Assembly: GCA_044347145.1 (NCBI GenBank)
Contig: JBIIXU010000009.1
Location: 3,331-67,330, forward strand
Origin: Flavobacterium sp.
GTDB lineage: Bacteria > Bacteroidota > Bacteroidia > Flavobacteriales > Flavobacteriaceae
Direction: 5' to 3'
Length of the DNA stretch: 64,000 bases
The notes beneath the pieces were generated by a model that saw nothing but the letters and a program-made list of their open reading frames with translations, made no database searches and was not told where the DNA came from. Numbering within the stretch: the stretch's first letter is position 1; every line of letters begins with the position of its first letter. This document shows, one piece after another, positions 19,616 to 29,566 of the stretch. The position numbers and the translations under genes are program-made.

Positions 19616-20149
19616 TCAATTAACGTAACTTAAATAATACAGAACTTCTTTCACTACATTACTATTGTCAAAAATAAACATCATTTGAATTACTGGGCCG
19701 TTTATATTGTCAACTAAATCAAATTCATAATTATTATCGTTAAATGCAAATTCTGCAAATAAGTAATTATCGACTGGTTTTGAAAAAATTAAAAAAAGTT
19801 TTGAATCTGTTCTTGGTATTATTTTTTCAAAAAATAGATCCTCTTCAAATTTAAAATAGTATTTTTTCCTGTAAGATTTAGCATCTAAAGCCTCGTCTTT
19901 TTTTAACTCATGTATTGGCATAAACTTTATATATTTTGAAATATTAAAATCTATTTTATGATCTTTTTTTATTTTCTTGTCTTTAAGCCAATGTCCATAT
20001 AAATGATTTATTCTGCTTATCACTTCACGATTTGTCTTTAAGTAAATGATGGCACTTAAATATTTGTTATCCAAAACATGATTGTTTGTTTGAGAATTGG
20101 TATGCGCAACAATTAAAAGTAAAACAACAAAAAATAATTTAGTTTTCAT
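19616..20149 (-). CDS. Hypothetical secreted protein
   Basis: 177-aa ORF with signal peptide MKTKLFFVVLLLIVAHTNSQ. No family recognised. Confidence 0.5.
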   Translation of the reverse strand: MKTKLFFVVLLLIVAHTNSQTNNHVLDNKYLSAIIYLKTNREVISRINHLYGHWLKDKKIKKDHKIDFNISKYIKFMPIHELKKDEALDAKSYRKKYYFKFEEDLFFEKIIPRTDSKLFLIFSKPVDNYLFAEFAFNDNNYEFDLVDNINGPVIQMMFIFDNSNVVKEVLYYLSYVN

Positions 20150-20286
20150 TTGCTAAAGTTTGAGTCTTCTAAACCTAATTAATTAAACCTATTTTTTTTC
20201 GACATTATAAGCTAATATTCAGATAGGTGGTTTTCCCAATAATAAACCCTACATTCCAAAAAATAATTCGGTTGATTAAATCGCCT

Positions 20287-21276
20287 TCACCCCAAAACCC
20301 GCACGATATCTTTTGCAAAATAACTCGCAATTAAATCGGCGCCGGCACGTTTAAACGCTACTGTTTGTTCCATCATGATGGCATCATGGTTAAGCCAGCC
20401 TTTTTCTGCCGCTGCTTTGATCATGGCATATTCACCAGACACTTGATAGACTGCGATAGGCGTATCAATTTGGTTGCGAAGTTCTCTTACGACATCCAAA
20501 TAAGAAATACCAGGTTTAACCATCACAATATCTGCACCTTCTGCTATATCAAGTTTAGTTTCTGTTATGGCCTCCCGCAAATTATAGTAATCCATTTGAT
20601 AGGTTTTTTTATCTTTTGGAATATTTAAACCATCAACAGGTGCGCTATCTAAAGCATCTCTAAAAGGACCATAGTGAGCCGAAGCATACTTGGCACTATA
20701 ACTTAAAATACCTGCATTTGGCAAGTTATTTTCTTCAAAAATTTCACGAATGGCTTTAATGCGACCATCCATCATATCACTAGGTGCCACAAAATCTGCA
20801 CCAGCTTTGATGTGCAATAAACTCATTTGTGCTAAAATATTTTTGGTTTGATCGTTAACGATATAACCATTTTCTAAAACCCCATCATGACCATATTGTG
20901 AATACGGGTCTAAAGCTACATCTGTCATTACGACCATGTCAGGCACCGCATTTTTAACAGTTTTAATGGCGCGTTGCATCAAACCATTGGGGTTTAGCGC
21001 TTCTTTACCCAAATTGTCTTTTAAGTGATCTGGCACTTTGACAAATAGCAACACACATTTTAAACCCATTTGCCAAAGTGTTTTAGCTTCTTGTGCAAGC
21101 AAATCTAAACTCAAACGAAAATAGTTGGGCATAGAGGCAATCTCTTCTTTTATTTGTTGACCCTCAACGACAAACAAAGGCACGATAAAATCATTTGGCG
21201 ACAGTGCATTTTCTCTGACCAAACTTCTTATGGCTTCGTTGGTGCGTAATCTTCTTGGTCGACTGTATGGAAACAT
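20287..21276 (-). CDS. hemB: Porphobilinogen synthase (delta-aminolevulinate dehydratase)
   Basis: 329-aa ORF with the RPRRLR N-terminal motif, a VMVKPG active-site lysine region and the typical ALAD length. Confidence 0.95.
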   Translation of the reverse strand: MFPYSRPRRLRTNEAIRSLVRENALSPNDFIVPLFVVEGQQIKEEIASMPNYFRLSLDLLAQEAKTLWQMGLKCVLLFVKVPDHLKDNLGKEALNPNGLMQRAIKTVKNAVPDMVVMTDVALDPYSQYGHDGVLENGYIVNDQTKNILAQMSLLHIKAGADFVAPSDMMDGRIKAIREIFEENNLPNAGILSYSAKYASAHYGPFRDALDSAPVDGLNIPKDKKTYQMDYYNLREAITETKLDIAEGADIVMVKPGISYLDVVRELRNQIDTPIAVYQVSGEYAMIKAAAEKGWLNHDAIMMEQTVAFKRAGADLIASYFAKDIVRVLG

Positions 21277-21357
21277 AATGGTTGAAATTTAAAAATATAA
21301 AAGCATAAAAAAACCTCTACAAAAATAGAGGTTTAAATTTGTTAATTAAAAATTTAT

Positions 21358-22104
21358 TTATTTTTTAATGAAAGTTTTTGAAGTACTGCCAATTTCTTCG
21401 TTAGAGATATGAATAACATAAGAGCCAGAACTTAAAGATTTCACATCAACTACAGTTAAAGCTTGTTCTAAAACGCCAGTTAGCATCAATTTACCAGATA
21501 TTTCATAAATAGAAAACTGGAATTTGCTGCTGATTTCAGGTAAAGACACGTTTAACTCATCAATGGCAGGAATAGGGAAAACTGATAAGTCATTGAATTG
21601 ATATAATTCACTACCTAACGCCATTGGAACTGTTGCAGAGCCTCTGTTTGCACCTCCATGCCATGCCAAATTGTTACTCGCTTGCTGATGTCTTGCCCAT
21701 ACGACTGGAATTGATGCTGTAGAATTAGTGAAAACAAAGTCAGTTGCATCCCCTGTGCTTAAGGCCCTTGTTGCAATAATCGTTCTAACCATACCAACCA
21801 TGTTATTTGAAGAAACCGTCCATTGGTTAGTATCAGTCGCTGGAACCTGGCCTCCGCCAATAAAATGTCTATCGCTTAAACCGGTTGAATCAAAAATAAT
21901 GCAATCGCCAGCTTCCATGTCTTGTGTACCGAAACCTACGCTAAACCATCGGTCTGAAGGGCCAGCTGCAGTGAGCGTTACTGTAGTTGCAGTTGTCTGC
22001 ACACGAATGGAAACGCCACCTCCCAAATTAATTACACCAGAATCATGCTGAGCAATAGCACCTAATGTGGTCAAGGTAAAAAGAGAAAATAATAGTTTTT
22101 TCAT
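21358..22104 (-). CDS. Secreted DOMON-like domain protein with a T9SS C-terminal sorting domain
   Basis: 248-aa ORF with a signal peptide. It has a DOMON-like core (RWFSVGFGTQDMEAGDCIIF). The C-terminal ~80 aa (LSVFPIPAIDELNV...GSYVIHISNEE...KTFIKK) look like a type A Por-secretion CTD. Confidence 0.6.
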   Translation of the reverse strand: MKKLLFSLFTLTTLGAIAQHDSGVINLGGGVSIRVQTTATTVTLTAAGPSDRWFSVGFGTQDMEAGDCIIFDSTGLSDRHFIGGGQVPATDTNQWTVSSNNMVGMVRTIIATRALSTGDATDFVFTNSTASIPVVWARHQQASNNLAWHGGANRGSATVPMALGSELYQFNDLSVFPIPAIDELNVSLPEISSKFQFSIYEISGKLMLTGVLEQALTVVDVKSLSSGSYVIHISNEEIGSTSKTFIKK

Positions 22105-22116
22105 GATTTAAAAAAT

Positions 22117-22635
22117 TTAATTAAACAATTGGATTAAGGATTTGTTATTCGTGTCTAAAGCTAGTTCAAAAGCCGTTTTATTGATATGATTTTTTAAAGA
22201 TTTATTGGCGCCTTTTTCAATCAACTTCTTTGTTAACTCAATATTCTGCAAGGTGACAGCCAGCATAAGCGCGGTGGTTTTATTTTCATCTGTTAAGTTT
22301 AAATCTATACCTTTCTTTATTAAAGCATCAAAAACTAAGACATTATTTTTATAAATCGCCGCCATCAAAGTAGAACCCATTTTTGAGGTATAATTAATTT
22401 GCTTGGTGTTTTCAACTAAAAAAATAGCAACCTCATTGTTTGAGCGATATGTGGCTAAAATTAAAGGCGTAAAACTATTATTGTCAATCACATCAATGCT
22501 TTTTTCATCTTGCGCAAAAATGCTTTTTATTTGATCAAGATTACCTGTTCTCGCCACTTGAAAAACATCAGCTGTTTGACCATAAGACAAAAGCGACGTT
22601 AAACTTAAGATGAAAAAAAACTTTAAAGTATTCAT
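22117..22635 (-). CDS. Ankyrin-repeat protein (secreted)
   Basis: 172-aa ORF with a signal peptide plus ankyrin repeats (FTPLILATYRSNNEVAIFLV, TTALMLAVTLQNIELTKKLIEKGAN). Confidence 0.8.
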   Translation of the reverse strand: MNTLKFFFILSLTSLLSYGQTADVFQVARTGNLDQIKSIFAQDEKSIDVIDNNSFTPLILATYRSNNEVAIFLVENTKQINYTSKMGSTLMAAIYKNNVLVFDALIKKGIDLNLTDENKTTALMLAVTLQNIELTKKLIEKGANKSLKNHINKTAFELALDTNNKSLIQLFN

Positions 22636-22638
22636 GAT

Positions 22639-23178
22639 TTAATTTAAACTATAATTAACAGCTACATCAACTTCTTTAGCGACTTTTTTTGACACTGCAG
22701 CAGGAATTTTTATATCAAAATCTGTGGTGTTAACTTTAAAATTAGCTGAAATTTCAATGCTGTCTTTGATTTTTTTAATTTTTACCGGAATTTTTACCAG
22801 AACAATATTTCCATGCATATCTAACTTACCATCTAGCGTGAAGATTTGAAAGTTCTCTGTAAGTTTTTTAACTTCAAAATTTAGAAGCTTGCCTTTTAAA
22901 GTGGCTTTTGGAAAATTATCACTTTCTAAATAATTTTCATTGAAATGCTCTTCCATTAAAGCTACTTTAAATCTAAAACTTTTTATTAAAATTAAAGAGG
23001 CAAACTCCCCATTAACTGTATTTATAATACATGAAGCTGTTTTTGTTGTTGCTTTGATCTCCTCAAATGATGGAACAGAAGCTTCAAAGGTAACCTGCCC
23101 ATTTTTAGTGCTCAACTTTTCTTGAGCAATTACTACAAAAGATAAAAACCATCCGATGATAAATATAATTTTTTTCAT
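22639..23178 (-). CDS. YceI-family periplasmic protein
   Basis: 179-aa ORF with a signal peptide and a YceI-like pattern (KNGQVTFEA...). Family assignment is by eye. Confidence 0.75.
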   Translation of the reverse strand: MKKIIFIIGWFLSFVVIAQEKLSTKNGQVTFEASVPSFEEIKATTKTASCIINTVNGEFASLILIKSFRFKVALMEEHFNENYLESDNFPKATLKGKLLNFEVKKLTENFQIFTLDGKLDMHGNIVLVKIPVKIKKIKDSIEISANFKVNTTDFDIKIPAAVSKKVAKEVDVAVNYSLN

Positions 23179-23189
23179 TTTGAATTTAT

Positions 23190-23534
23190 TTATTCTATTA
23201 AACCATCATCTCTCCATTTTTTAATAATAGAAATTGATCCTTCAGGCAATCTTGTTTGTCCTAAAGGCATCATACCAGTTGCACCTTGAGGTCTTTGAAT
23301 GCGGTCTATAATATTATTGATGTTGTTTTTTGTTTGATTATAATTGGTTAGTGATAAATTACCTAGCGGACTAGTATTGCCATGACAACCAATACAATTG
23401 GTTTCAATAATGGCCCTTACTTGGTTTGTATATGTGACCACATCTGCTGGTTGTGTCAAATCATCAATTGAATCGTTTGTACAAGAACAAACCACAAAAA
23501 CAGAAAAAACAGCAACAAAGTAATTTCGATTCAT
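23190..23534 (-). CDS. Small c-type cytochrome-domain lipoprotein
   Basis: 114-aa ORF with a lipobox (VFVVCSC), a single CxxCH haem-binding motif (CIGCH) and a distal MMPLG methionine-ligand candidate. Confidence 0.62.
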   Translation of the reverse strand: MNRNYFVAVFSVFVVCSCTNDSIDDLTQPADVVTYTNQVRAIIETNCIGCHGNTSPLGNLSLTNYNQTKNNINNIIDRIQRPQGATGMMPLGQTRLPEGSISIIKKWRDDGLIE

Positions 23535-23632
23535 TTTTTAAAAATGTTTCGCAAATATATAATTATTTTTTTTTTAATAATGTTAAGAATGTAAATAAAA
23601 CGTTATTTTTGTTTGCTTTAACTACTACTATT

Positions 23633-24019
23633 ATGAGAAAAAAACTAATTTTATTAGTATCCGCTATTTTATTGCTGGGCACTGTCGCTATTTTATACCT
23701 TTATAAACCCCATCGAAATATAGCTGATGAAGCCGCTACTTTCAAGGTTGATTCGAAAACATTTTTTGAAGAATTTACAACAACTGAACAATCCGCAAAT
23801 GCCAAATATTTAGACCAAGTGGTAGAAGTAACTGGTCAAGTTACTGCATTAAACTATCCCAACAAATCTTTAACCTTAGACAATCATATTAATGTCAATC
23901 TTTTAGAAAGCGCTAAAGTAAACATTAATGATCATGTCGTTTTTAAAGGCCGCTGTGTTGGCTATGACGAACTCATGGAAGAGGTAACGATTGATCAAGC
24001 CACCATTCTAAAACCATAA
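23633..24019 (+). CDS. OB-fold (tRNA_anti-like) membrane-anchored protein
   Basis: The likely start is MRKKLILLVSAILLLGTVAILY (ATG at 23633). The track start at 23453 adds a low-complexity extension that overlaps the upstream gene. The C-terminal KYLDQVVEVTGQV... has an OB-like pattern. Confidence 0.5.
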   Translation: MRKKLILLVSAILLLGTVAILYLYKPHRNIADEAATFKVDSKTFFEEFTTTEQSANAKYLDQVVEVTGQVTALNYPNKSLTLDNHINVNLLESAKVNINDHVVFKGRCVGYDELMEEVTIDQATILKP

Positions 24020-24027
24020 TTCTACAG

Positions 24028-24873
24028 ATGAAAAAATATTTAATTACTTTATTATTTGCCTCCACCGCACTTTTTGCACAAGAAGATTTACTAAACGAAA
24101 TTGACAACGACTCTGTTTCAAATGAAGTAACCTCCGCTTTTAAATCTGTAAAAATTGTCAATTTAGAATCAACAAAACTCGTTGGTAAAGGCGATTTCTA
24201 TTTGGTTGTATCACATCGTTTTGGTTATATTAATACTGGTATTGATGAGCTTTTTGGATTAGACAATGCCACAACGAATATCAAATTTATTTACGGCCTC
24301 AAGGACTATTTGAGCATACAACTGGCTAGAAGCACCTTTGACAAAGCGCTTGATTTCGGTGTAAAGTTTGAGCTATTGAAACAAAAAACAAATGGCTCGC
24401 CTGTTGCCATCGTTGGTTTTAATAGCATCACGGTCAACACAGCTTTACAAAAATCACTCTACCCCAAATTGACTTTTAAAAATAGATTAGCTTATGTGAA
24501 TCAGTTGTTGGTTTCCAGAAAATTTAATGACAGATTAACCTTACAATTAGCTCCAACTCATTTTCACGAAAATACCGTTTTATTTAGTGGTCAAGAAAAC
24601 AGCCAATTTGCTTTAGGATTGGGCGGCAGAATTAAAGTGGCCAAAAGGATTTCATTAAATCTAGATTATGTTGCGCATCTCAATCGACACAAAAACTCAA
24701 ACTTTACCGATCCCATTTCAATAGGATTAGACTGGGATACAGGTGGCCATGTTTTTCAACTACATTTTACTAATGCCCGTGCCATGCATGAAGCAGGCTT
24801 TTTAGGCCAATCATCGGGAAATTTTTTCAAAGGCGATATTGCATTCGGGTTTAATTTGGTTAGGGTTTTTTAG
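24028..24873 (+). CDS. Predicted outer-membrane beta-barrel protein, function unknown
   Basis: 281-aa ORF with a signal peptide. It shows an alternating-strand pattern and ends in an aromatic residue (...GFNLVRVF). Confidence 0.5.
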   Translation: MKKYLITLLFASTALFAQEDLLNEIDNDSVSNEVTSAFKSVKIVNLESTKLVGKGDFYLVVSHRFGYINTGIDELFGLDNATTNIKFIYGLKDYLSIQLARSTFDKALDFGVKFELLKQKTNGSPVAIVGFNSITVNTALQKSLYPKLTFKNRLAYVNQLLVSRKFNDRLTLQLAPTHFHENTVLFSGQENSQFALGLGGRIKVAKRISLNLDYVAHLNRHKNSNFTDPISIGLDWDTGGHVFQLHFTNARAMHEAGFLGQSSGNFFKGDIAFGFNLVRVF

Positions 24874-24927
24874 CCAATAAACTTCAAATATTAAATAAAA
24901 CCCTATTTTTGCAGCTCATTTTTATTC

Positions 24928-26172
24928 ATGAATAAAAAAGGGTCATTTTATATTGCTAAAAAAATTATCTTTAGTGGTGGTCACAAAACCAATGTGACCT
25001 CACCTGTCATAAATATTGTTATTTTTGCGATTGCCTTGGGCATTTTTATGATGATTGTAGCCTACGGGGCAGGTTTTGGTTTACAGAAAAAAATAAAAGA
25101 GAAATTAGGCGTTTTTAATGGTCATATTGTGGTTACAAATTTTGATAATAATTTATCAGATGTGAGTAAAACCCCTGTATCCAAAACAAAAATTATCAAA
25201 AGCATTGATAGCCTTAATATTAAAAATGAAATAAGTAGCTATCAATCAACAGCAGCAAAAGCAGGTATTATAAAAACAGACCAAACATTTGAAGGCGTTA
25301 TATTTAAAGGTGTAGACAAAGATTTTAATGCCAAACTTTTTAAAGATTTAATTACTATTGGTGAAAATTTAAAAATCACTGATTCTATGTCAAATGAAGT
25401 CATCATTTCTAGCCATTTGGCCAATAGACTACTTTTAAAAAAAGGAGATAAATTTACGACCTATTTTTTTAGAGAAGAATCAGAATTGCCTTTTAGACGA
25501 CAATTTAAGATTTTGGGTATTTATGAAACGCAAATTCAAGAGTTTGACAAAACCTTTGTTTTAGGTGACATCAAACATATACAGCAAATGAATAAATGGG
25601 CACCAGATCAAATAGGTACTTTAGAAGTTTTTCTTCATGATATAGAAAAAATGGATGCCGTCAATAAACTTTTATTTCAGCAATTACCGCCTGACCTAGA
25701 CACGAATCCACTTCATCATAAGTTTCAACATATTTTTGAATGGATTAAAATTTTTGATTTTAATGTCCTGTTAATAATCGTGATTATGACATTGGTTTCC
25801 ATCGTCAATCTGTCGGTCGCCACTTTGATTTTAATTTTAGAAAAAACGGCTTTTATTGGTATCATTCGAACCCTAGGCGCAACGATTCAATTTGCTAGGC
25901 AAGTGTTTTTTTATAAAGCGCTTTATATAACGATTTTAGGTTTGTTTTTTGGAAATTTAGCCGCGTTCATCTTAATTTTTATTCAGAATACTTGGGGCGT
26001 CATTAGCCTTAATCCTGAAAACTATTATGTGTCTAAAGTTGTGTTTTCAATCAACTTTCTTGATGTACTTTTAATAAACCTATTAGTTTTGTTGGCTATT
26101 TCATTGTCTGTTTTTCTGCCAACCTATATGATTAGTAAAATAAAGTTGGTTGATGCCATAAAATTTAATTAA
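24928..26172 (+). CDS. FtsX-like ABC transporter permease (LolC/E-like)
   Basis: 414-aa ORF with an N-terminal TM segment, a large periplasmic loop and three C-terminal TM segments, which is the FtsX architecture. Confidence 0.78.
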   Translation: MNKKGSFYIAKKIIFSGGHKTNVTSPVINIVIFAIALGIFMMIVAYGAGFGLQKKIKEKLGVFNGHIVVTNFDNNLSDVSKTPVSKTKIIKSIDSLNIKNEISSYQSTAAKAGIIKTDQTFEGVIFKGVDKDFNAKLFKDLITIGENLKITDSMSNEVIISSHLANRLLLKKGDKFTTYFFREESELPFRRQFKILGIYETQIQEFDKTFVLGDIKHIQQMNKWAPDQIGTLEVFLHDIEKMDAVNKLLFQQLPPDLDTNPLHHKFQHIFEWIKIFDFNVLLIIVIMTLVSIVNLSVATLILILEKTAFIGIIRTLGATIQFARQVFFYKALYITILGLFFGNLAAFILIFIQNTWGVISLNPENYYVSKVVFSINFLDVLLINLLVLLAISLSVFLPTYMISKIKLVDAIKFN

Positions 26173-26173
26173 A

Positions 26174-26905
26174 ATGATTTTAGCAATAGATAGCGGCAAT
26201 ACTTTTGTAAAAATAGGTGTTTATCAAAAGAATGATCGACTCGCTTTTTTTCAAACCACTTATGAAGAGTTGCCTCAAACTTTAAATTTAATTAGTGAAA
26301 ATTTTAAGATTGAAAATATTGTGACATCGGTGGTGGGCCATCTAGATTTAACTTTATTTAAATCTTTTTTTACAAGTGTTGACATTGTATCGATCAATCA
26401 TCAAGTCAAATTCCCTTTTTTAAATTTATACGAGACGCCGCAAACCTTAGGCATTGACCGCATGGTTTTATCGGCAGGGGCTGTTTTTAATTACCCACAA
26501 CAAAACCGCTTGGTTATTGATATGGGCAGTTGCATTACGTATGATTTTATCAATGAAAAAGACGAGTATTTAGGTGGCGCTATTTCTCCAGGTGTTGATA
26601 TGAGGTATGCAACGTTACATGAAAAAACGGCTAAATTACCTGCCCTCTTGCCAGAATCAAATTCAGCAATAATTGGTCAAAACACCAATCAAGCGATTCA
26701 TTCGGGTGTTATGAATGGTATTTTGTTTGAAATCAAGGGCTTTGTCAATCATTTTTTAAAAGGAAATGATAATTTTATAATAATTTTAACGGGAGGAAGT
26801 GCGATTTTTTTTGCCAAACCATTAAAAAGTCTCATATTTGCCGAGCCAAATTTTTTACTTAATAGTTTGGTTCAACTTTTTATTTATCAAAAGAACAATG
26901 ATTAG
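26174..26905 (+). CDS. coaX: Type III pantothenate kinase
   Basis: 243-aa ORF with ILAIDSGNTFVKIG and GIDR motifs typical of CoaX. Confidence 0.9.
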   Translation: MILAIDSGNTFVKIGVYQKNDRLAFFQTTYEELPQTLNLISENFKIENIVTSVVGHLDLTLFKSFFTSVDIVSINHQVKFPFLNLYETPQTLGIDRMVLSAGAVFNYPQQNRLVIDMGSCITYDFINEKDEYLGGAISPGVDMRYATLHEKTAKLPALLPESNSAIIGQNTNQAIHSGVMNGILFEIKGFVNHFLKGNDNFIIILTGGSAIFFAKPLKSLIFAEPNFLLNSLVQLFIYQKNND

Positions 26906-28187
26906 AAAAATTTTAGGCCTTTTTATCCTCTTCTCGAACGTTATTTTTGCACAAGAGGCTACTTCTTCGCCTTATTCATACTTCCATACAGGTCTACGAA
27001 AGTATCAGAATACAATCGAAAATAAATCAATGGGAGAATTAAATGTCTATGCGGATTCAATTCACTTAAATTTAGTCAATCCTGCATCATTGTCAAAGCT
27101 TGGACTGACAACCTATACGATTGGTGCAAGTCACTATTTTACTAATTTAAGCACGAATACCAACAGAGCAGAAACTCAGACGACCAACTTTGATTATATA
27201 GCCGTTGGATTGCCTATTGCAAAAAAACTTGGTGTTTCTTTTGGACTTTCTCCCTTTTCAGTTGTAGGGTATGATCTAAGAAATACCAGATTGACCACAG
27301 ATCCAAATAATAGTCAAACTATTACTAGAATTGAGTCAGCAAGTTGGTTTGGAGAAGGCAATTTAAATAAAGTTTTTGTTTCAGCTGGTCTAGAAGTTTA
27401 TAAAAATTTATCGGTAGGTGCTTCTTTTAATTATTTTTTTGGTAGACTAACCCATAATTATGCTTTTAACGATACCAATGTTTCCTTTCAAGCCAATGAA
27501 GAAAAAAATTCTGACCTCAATGGTCTAAATGCAACTTTAGGATTATATCATTTTGCAAAAGTTAATAAAAAATTAACTTTGCATAGCAGTTTAACTTATA
27601 CGCCAAAAACCACACTAACCGACGATTATACCAATGAGATATTTTTATCCATTAATAATACAACCACACCCATCGAGACCCTTCCCCCGCAACCTGCTAA
27701 ATCTCAAAAAATAGATCTACCAAGTGTTATAAATTTTGGAATGGCCATTGGCGAAGAAAAAAAGTGGTTACTTGGTGGTGAATTTACAAGTAAACAAGCA
27801 CCGATAAATAGTTTTAGATTTAATGCCTTAAACAACGTAACTTTTGAAACAGCCAACAAATTTAACGTTGGGGGCTATTTTATTCCAAAATACAATTCTT
27901 TCTCAAGCTACTGGAGTAGAGTGACTTATAGGGCAGGATTTAGATATGAAAACTTAGGCTTTAAAGTACAAAATCAATCCATCACAGATATTGGCATAAA
28001 TTTTGGTTTAGGTATACCGTTGAAAAGATCTTCTAGCGCTTTTGTTAACTTTTCTAATATAAATGTTAACTTTGAATATGGCCAGAGAGGCACCAGAAAT
28101 GCCAATTTAATAAAAGAAGATTATTTTAGCATGAGCTTAAGCATATCTTTCAACGACAAATGGTTTGAAAAACGAAAATATAATTAA
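26898..28187 (+). CDS. Predicted outer-membrane beta-barrel / porin-like protein
   Basis: The likely start is MIRKILGLFILFSNVIFAQ (ATG at 26898, overlapping the end of coaX). The sequence is beta-strand rich. Confidence 0.55.
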   Translation: MIRKILGLFILFSNVIFAQEATSSPYSYFHTGLRKYQNTIENKSMGELNVYADSIHLNLVNPASLSKLGLTTYTIGASHYFTNLSTNTNRAETQTTNFDYIAVGLPIAKKLGVSFGLSPFSVVGYDLRNTRLTTDPNNSQTITRIESASWFGEGNLNKVFVSAGLEVYKNLSVGASFNYFFGRLTHNYAFNDTNVSFQANEEKNSDLNGLNATLGLYHFAKVNKKLTLHSSLTYTPKTTLTDDYTNEIFLSINNTTTPIETLPPQPAKSQKIDLPSVINFGMAIGEEKKWLLGGEFTSKQAPINSFRFNALNNVTFETANKFNVGGYFIPKYNSFSSYWSRVTYRAGFRYENLGFKVQNQSITDIGINFGLGIPLKRSSSAFVNFSNINVNFEYGQRGTRNANLIKEDYFSMSLSISFNDKWFEKRKYN

Positions 28188-28194
28188 CAACTAA

Positions 28195-29565
28195 ATGACC
28201 AAAATTATGAAAACCAAAGCAATTTGCACCTTTTTATTAGCTGTTGGCTTGCAATTTTCTAATGCAAATACAACTTACGACTGTACGGCTAAAAATTCTA
28301 TTGTACATGAATCTGTAAAAGCAAAAAACTTTAAAGAAGCTATCCCAGTTTGGAGAGAACTTTTGGTGGAATGTCCAACTGTAAGCGCAGCGGTTTATAC
28401 CAATGGTGATAAAATCATGGATTATTTGATTGAAAATGCCAAAGACAATACTGAAAAAGAAAAGTTTGTGCGTGAAAAAGTAGCATTATATGAGAAGTAT
28501 TATAAAAGTTTTCCTGAAAGAGTAAAAGATTACAAATCAAGACAAGCCTTGACCTTATTCGAATCTGGTTTTGGAACCAAAGAAGAAATTGAAAGTTTGT
28601 TAAAAGACGCTTTTACTACTGATAAAGAAAACTTTACCAATGGCAAAGCCATGTATGTCATGTTTGAATATTTAGTGAATGATTTTAAAGCTAAAAAACC
28701 GGGTATCGTTTTAAGTGATGTCTTTTTAATGAATGATCAATTATCTGAATTATTGGAAAATGAAACTAATAAAATCTCTGAATCTTTAGACGTTATCGTT
28801 AAGAAAGAAGAAGCAAGCGAAGAACTTTCAAGCAAAGAAGCTAAAGATAAAGTGAGATTAACCAACAATTTAGATGCTTATCAAACCATTGCTGGTAGCA
28901 TGGAAGGGTTAATTCAAGAATTATCAAGCTGTGATTATTTGATTCCTATTCTTGAAAAGGACTTTGAAGAAAATAAAAACAATTTAGATTGGATTAAGCG
29001 CACAGCTGCACGTTTAAAAAACAAAGAATGTACAGAATCTCCTTTTTATGGCAAGTTAATTGATCAATTTGAAAAATTAACCCCACCAACTTTTGAAATC
29101 ATGTTTAATAAAGGTGCAAGTTTGGCGAAAAAAGATAAAGCTAAAGCTATTGAATATTTAAACAAAGCTTTAGAAATGGCACCAGATAACAATAAAAAAG
29201 CTGATGTCTTTTATTTTATTGCAACGCAAGTTTACGGTATGGGCAATAAATCGACTGCTAAGTCTTATTTGGATAAAGCTTTAAGTGTTAAACCATCTAT
29301 GGACAAAGCACACATGTATATCGCTTCATTATATTCACAAAGTTTAAATGATGTTGGTTTAACTGACGCTTTTGACAAAAGAGCCATCTATTGGTTGGCT
29401 GCACAAACTGCAAGAAGAGGTGGAACTGCTGCAGCAAGTTCACTAGCAGCAAGATTTGAAGCAGCAGCGCCAAACCGAGGTGAAATTTTCAACTCAGGTA
29501 AAGCTGGTCAACAAATATGCTTTAAGGGATGGGTTGGTAAATGTGTAACCGTACCAAATTTATAA
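28195..29565 (+). CDS. Secreted TPR-like repeat protein, function unknown
   Basis: 456-aa ORF with a signal peptide and helical-repeat segments (AIEYLNKALEMAPDN..., AKSYLDKALSVKPS). Confidence 0.5.
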   Translation: MTKIMKTKAICTFLLAVGLQFSNANTTYDCTAKNSIVHESVKAKNFKEAIPVWRELLVECPTVSAAVYTNGDKIMDYLIENAKDNTEKEKFVREKVALYEKYYKSFPERVKDYKSRQALTLFESGFGTKEEIESLLKDAFTTDKENFTNGKAMYVMFEYLVNDFKAKKPGIVLSDVFLMNDQLSELLENETNKISESLDVIVKKEEASEELSSKEAKDKVRLTNNLDAYQTIAGSMEGLIQELSSCDYLIPILEKDFEENKNNLDWIKRTAARLKNKECTESPFYGKLIDQFEKLTPPTFEIMFNKGASLAKKDKAKAIEYLNKALEMAPDNNKKADVFYFIATQVYGMGNKSTAKSYLDKALSVKPSMDKAHMYIASLYSQSLNDVGLTDAFDKRAIYWLAAQTARRGGTAAASSLAARFEAAAPNRGEIFNSGKAGQQICFKGWVGKCVTVPNL

Positions 29566-29566
29566 G

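Noticed and set aside
23453-23632. A 60-codon N-terminal extension of the OB-fold protein ORF (MSNHQLNRLYKNKPQKQKKQQQ...).
   Set aside because: It overlaps the upstream cytochrome gene on the other strand and is low-complexity. A canonical signal or anchor sequence follows the internal Met at 23633.
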